DNA of 60,900 nucleotides. Source: Candidatus Avispirillum sp. (lineage in GTDB: Bacteria; Bacillota; Clostridia; Oscillospirales; CAG-272). Below are positions 27,122 to 36,100 of this stretch, in pieces. The notes below the pieces were generated by a model, which made no database searches, was not told the origin of the DNA, and saw only the letters and a list, made by a program, of their open reading frames with translations. A program made the translations under genes and the position numbers. Every line of letters starts with the position of its first letter. Position 1 is the first letter of the stretch. The DNA lies in assembly GCA_045545335.1 (NCBI GenBank), contig JAZQAS010000130.1, forward strand, positions 1-60,900. The letters run 5' to 3'.

Positions 27122-28405
27122 ATGATGTATACAGGAAAAATGGATAAAAAGACTCTTGTGACGGTGACGGTCATAGCCCTTGCTTTCATTATAGTCTTTG
27201 CCTCTGTTGCCGTGGTCATCGGTGTGATCCTCGCAAGGGACGGGGAGCCTGAAGATCCTCAGGTCAGCGCAAAGGAGCTTGAGAGCATGAACGGCGTCTG
27301 GATCGCCACCGCGACCAATATAGACTTTCCCTCAAGGCCCGATCTCACAAAGGCAGAGCTTAAGGCAGAGCTTGACTCTATCGTTGATACCTGCTCAAAA
27401 GCAGGCCTTGATACTATCTTTTATCAGGTGCGACCCGCGTCGGATGCTATGTATAAGTCCGAGATCTTTCCCGTTTCAAAATATCTGAGCTCAGACAGAA
27501 GACTGACTCTTGATACCCTTGAGTATCTTATTAAAAAGGCGGGAGAAAAGGGGATAAAGGTCCACGCGTGGATAAACCCCCTGAGAGCGGCAGTGGGCGG
27601 AGATATCTCCGATCTGCCCGTTGGCCATCCCGCAAGAGATAACCCCGAATGGGTCGTCAAGTATGCAGACGGAAAGCTCTATTACGATTGCGCCATCCCC
27701 GAGGTGCGAAAGCTCGTTTGCGACGGTATTTCGGAGATCATCGCGAAATACGACGTTGCAGGCATCGTCTTTGACGATTATTTCTATCCCTATCCCGTTT
27801 ATGAAACGGACGAGGCAGGCAATAAGACCGTCGTTGATTTTGACGACAGCGGATCCTTTAATAAATACGGCAAGGATTATGACGATAAGGGCGACTGGCG
27901 CCGACATAACGTTGATCTTCTCATAGAGGAGTCATATAAGGCGGTAAAGAGCGCCGACGGGAGCTGTGTGTTCGGCGTAGCCCCCTTCGGCATATGGAAG
28001 AACGGCTACGGCGACGAAAGCGGAAGCGCAACAAGAGGCGCGCAGTCATATTTCGATATCTATTGCGATACCCTCGCCTGGGCCGATGGCGGCTACGTTG
28101 ATTATATCGCCCCTCAGATATATTGGAGAGCAGAGGAGAGCGCCGCATCCTATACGGCCCTTTGCGATTGGTGGGATATGATGCTCAAAGAGCGGGGCGT
28201 GCCCTTTATCATTTGCCACGCGGCCTATCGCTACGACGGCTGGGAGGCACCATCCGGTATTATGACCTCTCAGGTTGAGTATGCAAAAACTAAAGAGAGC
28301 TATAAGGGCAGCATCTTCTACGGCTACGAAGAGATAGCCACCAATAAGGAGGGCATTGCCGACGAGCTTTCCGACCTATACGTAACCGAAACCGAAGAAG
28401 AATAG
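27122..28405 (+). CDS. Glycoside-hydrolase-like family 10 protein (GHL10/DUF187, YngK-like), membrane-anchored
   Basis: It has an N-terminal TM segment. GVWIATATNIDFPS and IKVHAWINP are typical of GHL10. Confidence 0.75.
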   Translation: MMYTGKMDKKTLVTVTVIALAFIIVFASVAVVIGVILARDGEPEDPQVSAKELESMNGVWIATATNIDFPSRPDLTKAELKAELDSIVDTCSKAGLDTIFYQVRPASDAMYKSEIFPVSKYLSSDRRLTLDTLEYLIKKAGEKGIKVHAWINPLRAAVGGDISDLPVGHPARDNPEWVVKYADGKLYYDCAIPEVRKLVCDGISEIIAKYDVAGIVFDDYFYPYPVYETDEAGNKTVVDFDDSGSFNKYGKDYDDKGDWRRHNVDLLIEESYKAVKSADGSCVFGVAPFGIWKNGYGDESGSATRGAQSYFDIYCDTLAWADGGYVDYIAPQIYWRAEESAASYTALCDWWDMMLKERGVPFIICHAAYRYDGWEAPSGIMTSQVEYAKTKESYKGSIFYGYEEIATNKEGIADELSDLYVTETEEE

Positions 28406-28410
28406 AATAA

Positions 28411-28843
28411 AAAACGGTACGCAGGAAAATCGGAGTTATCCTTAGCGGAGAATTTTGAACTTTTTTAATTCTCGTTAAGAACCGGCATCTCATTTGTAAG
28501 TACAAATGCAGTAGGGCGGTAGCCCAAACCCACTAACAACAGAAAAGAGAAGATTCGTATATTGCAACGAGTCTTCTCTTTCTTTCTTGTCTGTTAAGTG
28601 ATATACTGACGTTCGTCAGCGTGATATTTTCTTTTGAAAATCCCTCGCCTATGGCGAGATATTTCAAAAAGAAAGTGATATTAAGCCCTAAGGGCTTAGT
28701 GATATTCTATTCGCCGAAAACTCGCGTAGCGAATATCACTCGGCGTAAGCCGAATATAACTGCGGAGCAATATAACTCGCCGTAGGCGAATAGAGTTGCG
28801 TGATACTCCGTTAAGAGTATCACGCTAAAGCGTACCGTTTTTT
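28411..28843 (-). repeat. Composite nested-hairpin intergenic element, copy B (inverted homolog of 60-455)
   Basis: The split stem is AAAACGGTACGC (28411-28422) and GCGTACCGTTTT (28830-28841). Inside are the tail at 28423-28545, an AGAGAAGA hairpin at 28546-28579, a GTGATAT/AATATCAC word array at 28594-28797, and a hairpin at 28798-28825. Confidence 0.8.
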
Positions 28844-28877
28844 GATCGTATTTGTTTTAAAACAGAAGGCAAAATCG

Positions 28878-28906
28878 TTGAAAAAAAGGCAATAATATGG
28901 TATAAT
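28878..28906 (+). promoter_or_regulatory. Sigma-A promoter
   Basis: TTGAAA, 17-nt spacer, extended -10 TGgTATAAT. Confidence 0.55.
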
Positions 28907-28934
28907 CACATATCAAAATAATGAAGGTACCATA

Positions 28935-29840
28935 ATGAGCTATTACAGAAGCAGCTATTCAAAAAAGGGAAAGGGCCGCGGCGCAAAGCTTTCGGCAACT
29001 GCAAGCGCCGTCATAGTCCTTGTATTTATAATTCTCTATATTCTTGACAGTCAGTTCGGCTTTGGCAATAAGCAGGTGGAGGGCGAGTGCGAGTTCCACT
29101 TCATAGACGTAGGTCAGGGCGATGCAACAATGATAATCTCCTCCGACAGCACCGTTGTTATAGATACGGGCACGGGAGACCACGCCGACAGCTTTGCGCA
29201 GTACGTCAAGAGCTATACGGATAACGTTGATTATCTTATCCTGACCCATCCTCACGAGGACCATATCGGCGGCGCCGACGAGCTTTTGGAGCTTGTCCAC
29301 GTGGATAACGTCATAATGAGCGATGCATATAGCGAGACCTATACATTCACAAAGATACTTGATGCAATAGAGGCGGCGGATATCCCCGTCATAGAGGCAA
29401 AGGCCGGCGATAAATATGCGGCAGGGGAGATAGAGTTCACCATCCTCGCGCCCCTTTCCGAGTTTACGGATTATAACGATTACAGCATCGTAACCAAGGT
29501 AGAGTTCGGCTCTTCCTCCGTAATCGTAACGGGTGACGTCGAGCATCATTCCGAAAAGCTTATGGTGGAAAGATACGGCCCTTCGGGGCTGAAGGCTGAT
29601 ATCCTTCAGATGGGACATCACGGCTCCGCAACCTCAAATCACGAAAGCTTTATGGAGTGTATCGCTCCCGAATACGCCGTCATCTCCTGCGGCAAGGATA
29701 ACGAATACGGCCATCCCCACAGAGAGACCTTGCAGAAGCTTCGCGATTTTGATATCACCTATTACAGAACCGATAAGGTGGGCAGCATAGTTTTCAGAAC
29801 AGACGGCAAGAACCTCTCCTACGTAGAAGCAGCTCAGTGA
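28935..29840 (+). CDS. ComEC-related MBL-fold metallo-hydrolase (membrane-anchored)
   Basis: Motifs are [26 protein letters not shown] and MGHHGS, with an N-terminal TM segment. Confidence 0.8.
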   Translation: MSYYRSSYSKKGKGRGAKLSATASAVIVLVFIILYILDSQFGFGNKQVEGECEFHFIDVGQGDATMIISSDSTVVIDTGTGDHADSFAQYVKSYTDNVDYLILTHPHEDHIGGADELLELVHVDNVIMSDAYSETYTFTKILDAIEAADIPVIEAKAGDKYAAGEIEFTILAPLSEFTDYNDYSIVTKVEFGSSSVIVTGDVEHHSEKLMVERYGPSGLKADILQMGHHGSATSNHESFMECIAPEYAVISCGKDNEYGHPHRETLQKLRDFDITYYRTDKVGSIVFRTDGKNLSYVEAAQ

Positions 29841-30610
29841 ATTTTATATTTCAACCGCAGGTTGTCCGCGATCATGGCGATAAATTCGCTGTTGGTGGGC
29901 TTCCCGCGGTTGTTTTGTATAGTGTAGCCGAAATAAGAGTTGAGGGTGTCTATATCTCCGCGGTCCCAGGCCACCTCGATTGCGTGGCGGATAGCGCGCT
30001 CCACGCGTGAGGTGGTGGTTGAATATTTCTTTGCAACGGAGGGGTAGAGCACCTTTGTCACAGAGTTGATTATATCGCTGTCGCTGATGGTCATAAGAAT
30101 GGCGCATCTCAGATACTGATAGCCCTTTATGTGAGCGGGAACGCCTATCTGATGAATGATCTTCGTCACCTGAGCCTCAATATCGGGAGGAGCTGAGTTA
30201 ACGTTCCCCGCAGAAATGCTGCCCTCGGCGCGGCCGCGGTAGATAGAGATGATGTGATCCGCAAGGCTCTGATAGTCAAGGGGCTTGGGCAGGCAGAGAG
30301 CGGCGCCTGCGCGTGCGGCTTCAATAAATATGTTCTGATTTGTGATAAGTGAGGCGATAATAAATGCAGGTGCCTTGTCCTGACCGAAATCGCAGGAAAA
30401 GGTCTGCCTGATCAGGCCGATGCCGTCAAGCTTCGAGAGCCAGACGTCGGCAATAACGATATCGTGGTGGTTTCTTGTAATGCTTGTCAGCGCTTCTTCT
30501 CCGTTGGTAGCTTCATCAACGTAGCGGTGGCCTGCGCGAAGGAGGGCCTCCTTGCAGGCTTTTCTTGAGTCGGCGTTTTCGTCGGCTATAAGGATCTTGA
30601 TCTTCTCCAT
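29834..30610 (-). CDS. spo0A: Sporulation master regulator Spo0A
   Basis: It has a receiver domain ([16 protein letters not shown]) and a diagnostic C-terminal domain ([51 protein letters not shown]). Confidence 0.95.
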   Translation of the reverse strand: MEKIKILIADENADSRKACKEALLRAGHRYVDEATNGEEALTSITRNHHDIVIADVWLSKLDGIGLIRQTFSCDFGQDKAPAFIIASLITNQNIFIEAARAGAALCLPKPLDYQSLADHIISIYRGRAEGSISAGNVNSAPPDIEAQVTKIIHQIGVPAHIKGYQYLRCAILMTISDSDIINSVTKVLYPSVAKKYSTTTSRVERAIRHAIEVAWDRGDIDTLNSYFGYTIQNNRGKPTNSEFIAMIADNLRLKYKIH

Positions 30611-30774
30611 AATGTATCTCCATAGGTGGTAATATTTGGTAATTAGATATTACCATATTCTGGAAATAATTTCAAGTAAATTACCAATTTTTAACATTCA
30701 CAAAAATCCCTTCCAATAATTGGTAATTTATGACAAATATATGAAATAACGGTAAAAATACTGTCGTAATATGC

Positions 30775-30801
30775 AAAAAAGCCTCCTTGGGGCTTTTTTT
30801 T
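30775..30801. terminator. Stand-alone terminator-type hairpin between spo0A and the capsid module
   Basis: AAAAAA-GCCTC-ctt-GGGGC-TTTTTTTT is symmetric, with A and T runs on both sides. Confidence 0.55.
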
Positions 30802-30916
30802 GTTTGAAAAGTTCAGCTTTGTTGCAATTTTGCAAAAAGGGGAGAAATGGAAAGGGGAGGTCAGTATAATCACCGTAGACTTTGCAAGGTCAGAAAAAAA
30901 GAAACGGAGGAAAACC

Positions 30917-31528
30917 ATGAGAAACGAAGAAATTGATCTTTGTCTTTTCGGTGAAGAAGCAGACTGCGCTGCAGAGCAGTCCTGCCATGATAAGGCGAGC
31001 GTATCAGCCGAGGGCGAAAGCGAAGAAAAAAGTGAAAACGTGTTTGAAAGAATTGCCCATACCCTCGGTATTGCCGGCGCCGATGAAGAGAGCCTTATGC
31101 GTGAGATCAATAAAAGAAAAGCGCGGGCAGCTCTTGAAGAAATGCTGAAAAGAAGAAGCGCCCGGCGCAATTATAAAGCATTGATCTCTGAGGCAGAAGG
31201 GCTTTCCTCAAAAATCAAGGGCTTTGATCTTAAGGCGGAGCTTCAGAACCCGTCCTTTGCGGCTCTCATTCGCGCAGGCTTCTCCCTTGAGGATGCCTTC
31301 AAGGCCGTTCATGTAAACGAGCTTTTGGCGCTTTACTGTAAAAGGGCAGAGGAGGCGGCTGTGGCAAAGGCCCTTGAAAGGCTGAGAGAAGCGGGAGACC
31401 GCCCCGATGAAAACGGAAAGGGCGCAAGAGCCCCCGCAAAGACCAAGGCCGCCGTTGAGGCCCTCAGCTCAAAGGGTATCAGAGATATCCTTCGCAGGGT
31501 AGAAAACGGACAGAAGATCAGATTTTAA
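30917..31528 (+). CDS. Phage scaffold-like acidic/helical protein
   Basis: It is about 203 aa from ATG 30917 (RBS GGAGGAAAACC), Glu/Ala/Lys-rich, and sits immediately upstream of the capsid gene. The call rests on position and composition only. Confidence 0.4.
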   Translation: MRNEEIDLCLFGEEADCAAEQSCHDKASVSAEGESEEKSENVFERIAHTLGIAGADEESLMREINKRKARAALEEMLKRRSARRNYKALISEAEGLSSKIKGFDLKAELQNPSFAALIRAGFSLEDAFKAVHVNELLALYCKRAEEAAVAKALERLREAGDRPDENGKGARAPAKTKAAVEALSSKGIRDILRRVENGQKIRF

Positions 31529-31546
31529 AACCGAAAGGAGAAAAAC

Positions 31547-32641
31547 ATGACAGAAAATAATGTAAATAAGGTAGACCTTCAGCTCTTCGGAGCAGGAGAT
31601 ACCGTTCATTCCACAGAGGCCTTCGTAAATGCAAACGACTCCGCAAAGAACGAGGCCTACGTGACAACTGCTAGTCAGGAGAGCGGCCTTGGCGCCGAGA
31701 TGAAGACCTTCTATGATAAGACTCTCATCGAGCTTGCAGGCCCCGCCCTCGTGTTCGATCAGTTTGCGCAGAAGCGTCCCATTCCCAAGAACGGCGGTAA
31801 GACCATTGAGTTCAGAAAGTTCAATGCTCTTCCCAAGGCTCTCACCCCCATCACCGAGGGCGTCACTCCCACAGCCTCCAAGCTCACCGTAGTTCCCGTA
31901 ACGGCAACCGTAGATCAGTACGGCGATTACGTAGAGCTCACGGATATGATCGAGCTCACAAGCGTGGATCCTCTGGTTGTGGAGGCAACAAAGCAGCTTG
32001 CAGATCAGGCGGGCAGAACTATTGATACGGTGGTCCGCAATCAGATCATGGGCGGCACAAACGTAAATTATTGCCCCCTCGTAGCCAATGACGGCACTGA
32101 GACTGAGATCACGTCCCGTAAGGCGCTCACCTCAGATTGCAAGCTCAGAGTGCGCGACGTGTTCCGCGCCGCAGCACAGCTCAAGGCAATGAACGCTCCC
32201 ACCATCGACGGCAGCTACGTTGCAGTCATCCACCCCTACGTAGCCTTTGACCTTATGCAGGATGCAAAGGGTCAGTGGCTCGATATTCAGAAGTATACCG
32301 ATCCCAAGAATATCCTCAAGGGCGAGATCGGAACTCTCGGCGGCGTGCGCTTCGTTCAGTCCTCCGAGGCTAAGATCTATACGGGAGACGAGGGCGGCAA
32401 GGACGGCGCGCCCGTGTTCTGCACTCTCTTTATCGGAGCCAATGCATACGGCTCCACCGATATTGCAGGCGGCGGCATTGAGCATATCGTAAAGCAGAAG
32501 GGTTACGGAAACGACCCCCTCAATCAGCGCTCAAGCGTGGGCTGGAAGGCAACTAAGGTAGCAGTTCGCCTCGTTGAAGAGTATATGCTTCGCGTTGAGT
32601 CCGGCTCCTCCTTCTCCGATACGTCCGTAGAGGCAAACTGA
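31547..32641 (+). CDS. Phage major capsid protein (HK97-fold type; resembles proteins annotated as N4-gp56-family MCP)
   Basis: 364 aa. It has an N-terminal DLQLFG motif common in Firmicute phage head proteins, plus KTIEFRKF, LTPITEGVTP, AVIHPYVAFDL and GGVRFVQS. This is recognition from memory, not a database search. Confidence 0.6.
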   Translation: MTENNVNKVDLQLFGAGDTVHSTEAFVNANDSAKNEAYVTTASQESGLGAEMKTFYDKTLIELAGPALVFDQFAQKRPIPKNGGKTIEFRKFNALPKALTPITEGVTPTASKLTVVPVTATVDQYGDYVELTDMIELTSVDPLVVEATKQLADQAGRTIDTVVRNQIMGGTNVNYCPLVANDGTETEITSRKALTSDCKLRVRDVFRAAAQLKAMNAPTIDGSYVAVIHPYVAFDLMQDAKGQWLDIQKYTDPKNILKGEIGTLGGVRFVQSSEAKIYTGDEGGKDGAPVFCTLFIGANAYGSTDIAGGGIEHIVKQKGYGNDPLNQRSSVGWKATKVAVRLVEEYMLRVESGSSFSDTSVEAN

Positions 32642-32642
32642 T

Positions 32643-32849
32643 ATGGGTGGTAATATGGAGAAGAGAACCGTGTATATTCCCCGCAAATCCAAGAACGATA
32701 CTGAGCGATACGTTGCCGTAAACGGCGAGAATATGCTCATCAAAACGGGCGTTGCGGTGGAGGTCCCCGCTCCCTTTGCGGAGGTAGTGGAGGAATCCCT
32801 TCGCGTAGACTCTGCGGCCGAAAGGTTCATAGAGAAGAATTCCAGATGA
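32643..32849 (+). CDS. Small head-module protein (unknown)
   Basis: 68 aa, tightly packed after the capsid gene. An alternative start is at 32655. Confidence 0.4.
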   Translation: MGGNMEKRTVYIPRKSKNDTERYVAVNGENMLIKTGVAVEVPAPFAEVVEESLRVDSAAERFIEKNSR

Positions 32850-32904
32850 TCTTATGGGGCTGTGGCAAAAGCAACAGCCCCAAATTTAAAAAGGAAGTGG
32901 TAAA

Positions 32905-33273
32905 ATGACAGTTAACGAAGCAGTAGCAAGGGCTTTGGAGAATTCAGGCGCCGACGTTTCGCGGCATCAGCTTTGCGCGTGGCTCGGCGAGATAGAAAAC
33001 ACCGTGGTGCAGGAGATAGCCAAGGTCCACGAGGGTATGCCCTATGATGAGACCGTCATAACAGCCGATACCGACGGAGAAAGGGTGCTTTTTGCCCCCG
33101 ACCCTTATAGCGCGCTGTACGTAAATTACCTTCTTATGAAAACGGATCTGTATCTCAGAGATACGGCTCAGTACGTAACGTCCTCTCACGTGTTTTCCGT
33201 TTCATATGCAGATTTTGCCGATTGGTATAACAGAGCGTATATGCCCTATGAGGGCGCTGAGATAAGGCTGTAA
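32905..33273 (+). CDS. Hypothetical protein (possible head-completion/connector role by position)
   Basis: 122 aa, on the same strand, with RBS GGAAGTGG. Confidence 0.45.
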   Translation: MTVNEAVARALENSGADVSRHQLCAWLGEIENTVVQEIAKVHEGMPYDETVITADTDGERVLFAPDPYSALYVNYLLMKTDLYLRDTAQYVTSSHVFSVSYADFADWYNRAYMPYEGAEIRL

Positions 33274-33282
33274 GGTGGCAGT

Positions 33283-35052
33283 ATGAGAATACCCTATTTG
33301 AATAAGGACAGAAGAGAGACCAAGGTGCAGGATACCTTTCTCGGATATGATAGATCAAGGGATGCCGAGGAGAAGGGGCTTTACGATTCTCTCAATATGT
33401 CGGCGGACGAATACCCTCTTCTCTCCGTGAGAAAGCCGCGGGCACAGGTGAATACCGAGGGTGCGCAAGTGTATGAGATAATGTCCCTCGATGCATACAG
33501 CGGCTCAGAGATAAGAAAGAACGCCCTCGTGGCAGATACCGAGGGACGCCTGAAGGTGTATTACCCCGAAAACGGAGTAATGACGGGCCACGATCTTGCA
33601 AATACTGTGGGCACTCTCACCTCAGGGCAAAAGACGGTGGCCCTTGCGGGAACGAAGATATATTTCTTTCCCGATAAGGTGTATTACGATCTTGTGAACC
33701 GCGGAGAGAGCGGATGGCTTGAGTATTCAACGGAGATGCCCCTCGGGCTTTATGACGGGGCGTTTATTGAGATAGGCCTTGAATGCTGTGATATATTCGG
33801 CTCAGACAGCAGTGAAGCCTCTCCCTACAGAAGACTTCGCAGAAGCGCCTATACGGCAACGGATGAGGGAGGAAAGGGAACCTTTAAGAAGTATATGCCC
33901 TTTTCCGCTTCTCTCGCAGAGGGAGATACGGTGAATATCACGGGCTTTCAGAGAGCCGAACTGAACGGATATTATAATATTAAGACCGTAGGGCAGGACA
34001 GAAGCTTTATCGTAATAGAAAGCCCCGAGACCTGCCTTCAGGATACGGGATGTATATATATCAAAAGAGAAGTGCCTGAGATGGATTTTGTCGTTTCGGC
34101 AAAGAACAGACTCTGGGGCTGTCGCTACGGAATGGATAAAAGCGGCAGGTGCGTAAACGAGATATACGCAAGCGCCGCGGGAGATGCGAAAAACTGGCAT
34201 AGATTTCAGGGCGTTTCCACAGATTCCTGGGCGGCGGAGGTAGGCGCCGCAGGCGCCTTCACGGGGGCCTTTTGCATTGACGGATGTCCCGTGTTCTTTA
34301 AGGAGGACGCGGTGATCAAGGTCCACGGCTCATACCCCTCTGAGTTCACCGTAACGGAGAGCGCCATCCGCGGAATAGAGGCGGGAAGCGAGAGAAGCGC
34401 CGTCATCGTGGGAGATGAGCTTTATTATAAGACATATAGCGGCATCGTGCGCTACGACGGAGGCTATCCCGTAAACGTGGATCGGGCCCTTGGCGGCGAG
34501 AGATATAAAAATGCCGTTGCAGGCAGCGACGGAGAGAAGTATTATATCTCAATGGAAAATGAAAAGGGCGAGAGATGCCTCTTTGTGTACGATACGAAAA
34601 AGCGGATATGGCACAGAGAGGATGACCCCGGCATCCTTTCCTTTTGCCGATGCGGAAGGGAGCTTTATTTTCTCTCCCGGGATAAGGAGGGAAATACCTC
34701 TGTTTGGTGCACCTCTCCGATGGTGGGCCTTGAGCCGGAAAAGGGAATATCCTGGTTTTGCGAGAGCGCAAGGCTCGGCTATGAGGCTCAGGGCCAAAAG
34801 CACGTAAGCTCAGTTCAGATAAGAGCAGACGTGGGAGCGGCGGCATCAATGTCCGTTGCCCTTGAGTATGACGGGGGCGGCAAATGGCAGAATATACGCA
34901 CCCTTCGGGGAAAAGGCAGAAATGCACTTCTGAGATTTGCTCCCCGCAGGTGCGATAGCTTCAGGATAAGGCTTTCGGGAAAGGGGGAGGCAAGGGTGAG
35001 AAGCGTGGCAAGGACCTATGAAGAGGGAAGCGCCTTTGAGCCTTTGCAGTAA
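33283..35052 (+). CDS. Large repeat-containing (beta-propeller-like) structural protein, unknown
   Basis: 589 aa with recurring motifs KIYFFPDKVYY, DELYYKTYSGIVRYDG, GEKYYISMEN and RELYFLSRDK. There are no portal or terminase motifs that I can recognise. Confidence 0.5.
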   Translation: MRIPYLNKDRRETKVQDTFLGYDRSRDAEEKGLYDSLNMSADEYPLLSVRKPRAQVNTEGAQVYEIMSLDAYSGSEIRKNALVADTEGRLKVYYPENGVMTGHDLANTVGTLTSGQKTVALAGTKIYFFPDKVYYDLVNRGESGWLEYSTEMPLGLYDGAFIEIGLECCDIFGSDSSEASPYRRLRRSAYTATDEGGKGTFKKYMPFSASLAEGDTVNITGFQRAELNGYYNIKTVGQDRSFIVIESPETCLQDTGCIYIKREVPEMDFVVSAKNRLWGCRYGMDKSGRCVNEIYASAAGDAKNWHRFQGVSTDSWAAEVGAAGAFTGAFCIDGCPVFFKEDAVIKVHGSYPSEFTVTESAIRGIEAGSERSAVIVGDELYYKTYSGIVRYDGGYPVNVDRALGGERYKNAVAGSDGEKYYISMENEKGERCLFVYDTKKRIWHREDDPGILSFCRCGRELYFLSRDKEGNTSVWCTSPMVGLEPEKGISWFCESARLGYEAQGQKHVSSVQIRADVGAAASMSVALEYDGGGKWQNIRTLRGKGRNALLRFAPRRCDSFRIRLSGKGEARVRSVARTYEEGSAFEPLQ

Positions 35053-35053
35053 A

Positions 35054-35239
35054 ATGAAGTTTCATATTTCAAGACCTCCCTCAGAGGGAGAAAACGTAAA
35101 TGAGCGGATCGATAGGCTCATTTCCTGGCTTGCCCTTCTTTCCGAAGGCCTCAACGTAACTCTTGAAAACCTCACCGAGGAGAATTTCACGGAGAGGACA
35201 CGAGAAAAATTATTCAGTAAGGAGGAAAAGGAAGAATGA
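35054..35239 (+). CDS. Small hypothetical protein
   Basis: 61 aa from ATG 35054, starting 2 nt after the previous stop. It overlaps the next gene by ATGA. Confidence 0.35.
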   Translation: MKFHISRPPSEGENVNERIDRLISWLALLSEGLNVTLENLTEENFTERTREKLFSKEEKEE

Positions 35240-35970
35240 TAAAGATACCTCTTATAGAGACCAATATGCCCGACGTATCTCTGATAGCGCAGAAGAACGG
35301 GCTTATAGACCCAAACGGAGTGGGCGGGGAGGCGCTCGTTAAGAGCGATGGCAGCGGCATCGTGAAAAATACCTATACCCCCCCATATTCTGCGGCGTAT
35401 ACCAAGGCCCCCGCATCCCTTGCGGGAGAGGTGAGCGCGGCAAAGGGCGAGCTTGACGCCTGGAAAAGCTCACGCCCCGCAGAGTACGTACCCGTCTACG
35501 GCAAGGAGATCTCAGAGCTTATGAAAAGCCTCGTGGGAGACGATTTCAGCTATGATGGGGCAAAGGACCCTCTTTTCGCTCTCCTGCGTGACGAGAGCAT
35601 AAAGAACGCCCGCCTTGCAATGGAGGATACGGTTGGTAAGGCCGTCTCCCTCAGCGGCGGATATATGAATAGCTTTGCCCAGAGCGCAGGCCAGCAGGCT
35701 TATAGCGACAGAATGTCCGATCATCTTGAATATATCCCCTCCCTTTACGAGGCGGCATACGAGAGATATTCCGATGAAAAGGACCGCCTCTACGATGCGG
35801 TAAAGCTTTATTCAAGCCTTGAGGACTCGGAGTTTGACCGTTATACGGATATAATGAAGCAGTATCTTTCCGAGGGCGAGCTTCTCTCGGATATTTATAG
35901 CTCCCTTCAGAAGGAGGAGTTTGACAGATTTCTTGATTATTCTGAGCTTATGATAAAGGCAACCAAATAA
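35236..35970 (+). CDS. Hypothetical protein (last gene of the capsid module)
   Basis: 244 aa, translationally coupled and followed by a terminator. Confidence 0.5.
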   Translation: MIKIPLIETNMPDVSLIAQKNGLIDPNGVGGEALVKSDGSGIVKNTYTPPYSAAYTKAPASLAGEVSAAKGELDAWKSSRPAEYVPVYGKEISELMKSLVGDDFSYDGAKDPLFALLRDESIKNARLAMEDTVGKAVSLSGGYMNSFAQSAGQQAYSDRMSDHLEYIPSLYEAAYERYSDEKDRLYDAVKLYSSLEDSEFDRYTDIMKQYLSEGELLSDIYSSLQKEEFDRFLDYSELMIKATK

Positions 35971-36095
35971 AAAGCCGCATACAACAATGAAATCCGCCGA
36001 TTATTTTCGGCGGATTTCTGCTTTTTTCTGTATTTTTTCGCTAAACGAAATATTATATATTTTGCGGCTTTTGTTCTGCGCCTTTCTCGACAGCC
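35969..36095 (-). repeat. Nested-hairpin element Z (copy 1; doubles as a bidirectional terminator)
   Basis: Its reverse complement aligns with 60689-60812: CTGTCGAGAAAGGCGCAGAACAAAAGCCGC..GAAATCCGCCGA-loop-TCGGCGGATTTC..GCGGCTTTTT. The outer stem is AAAGCCGC/GCGGCTTT and the inner hairpin is at 35989-36018. Confidence 0.65.
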
Positions 36096-36100
36096 TTTTT

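Noticed and set aside
60-28843. The ~400-nt inverted copies A and B could delimit a 28-kb composite transposon or invertible segment.
   Set aside because: The enclosed genes are housekeeping (rarA, hydrogenase, recD2, metK, ABC transporters), and no recombinase or transposase is associated. The copies are diverged (roughly one position in five differs by eye), and each is individually embedded in its own terminator stem. Rare homologous inversion cannot be excluded.
30917-35970. The capsid module could be an intact or inducible prophage, or a PICI.
   Set aside because: No integrase, repressor, replication, terminase, portal, protease, tail or lysis genes occur in or next to the module. Host genes flank it immediately.
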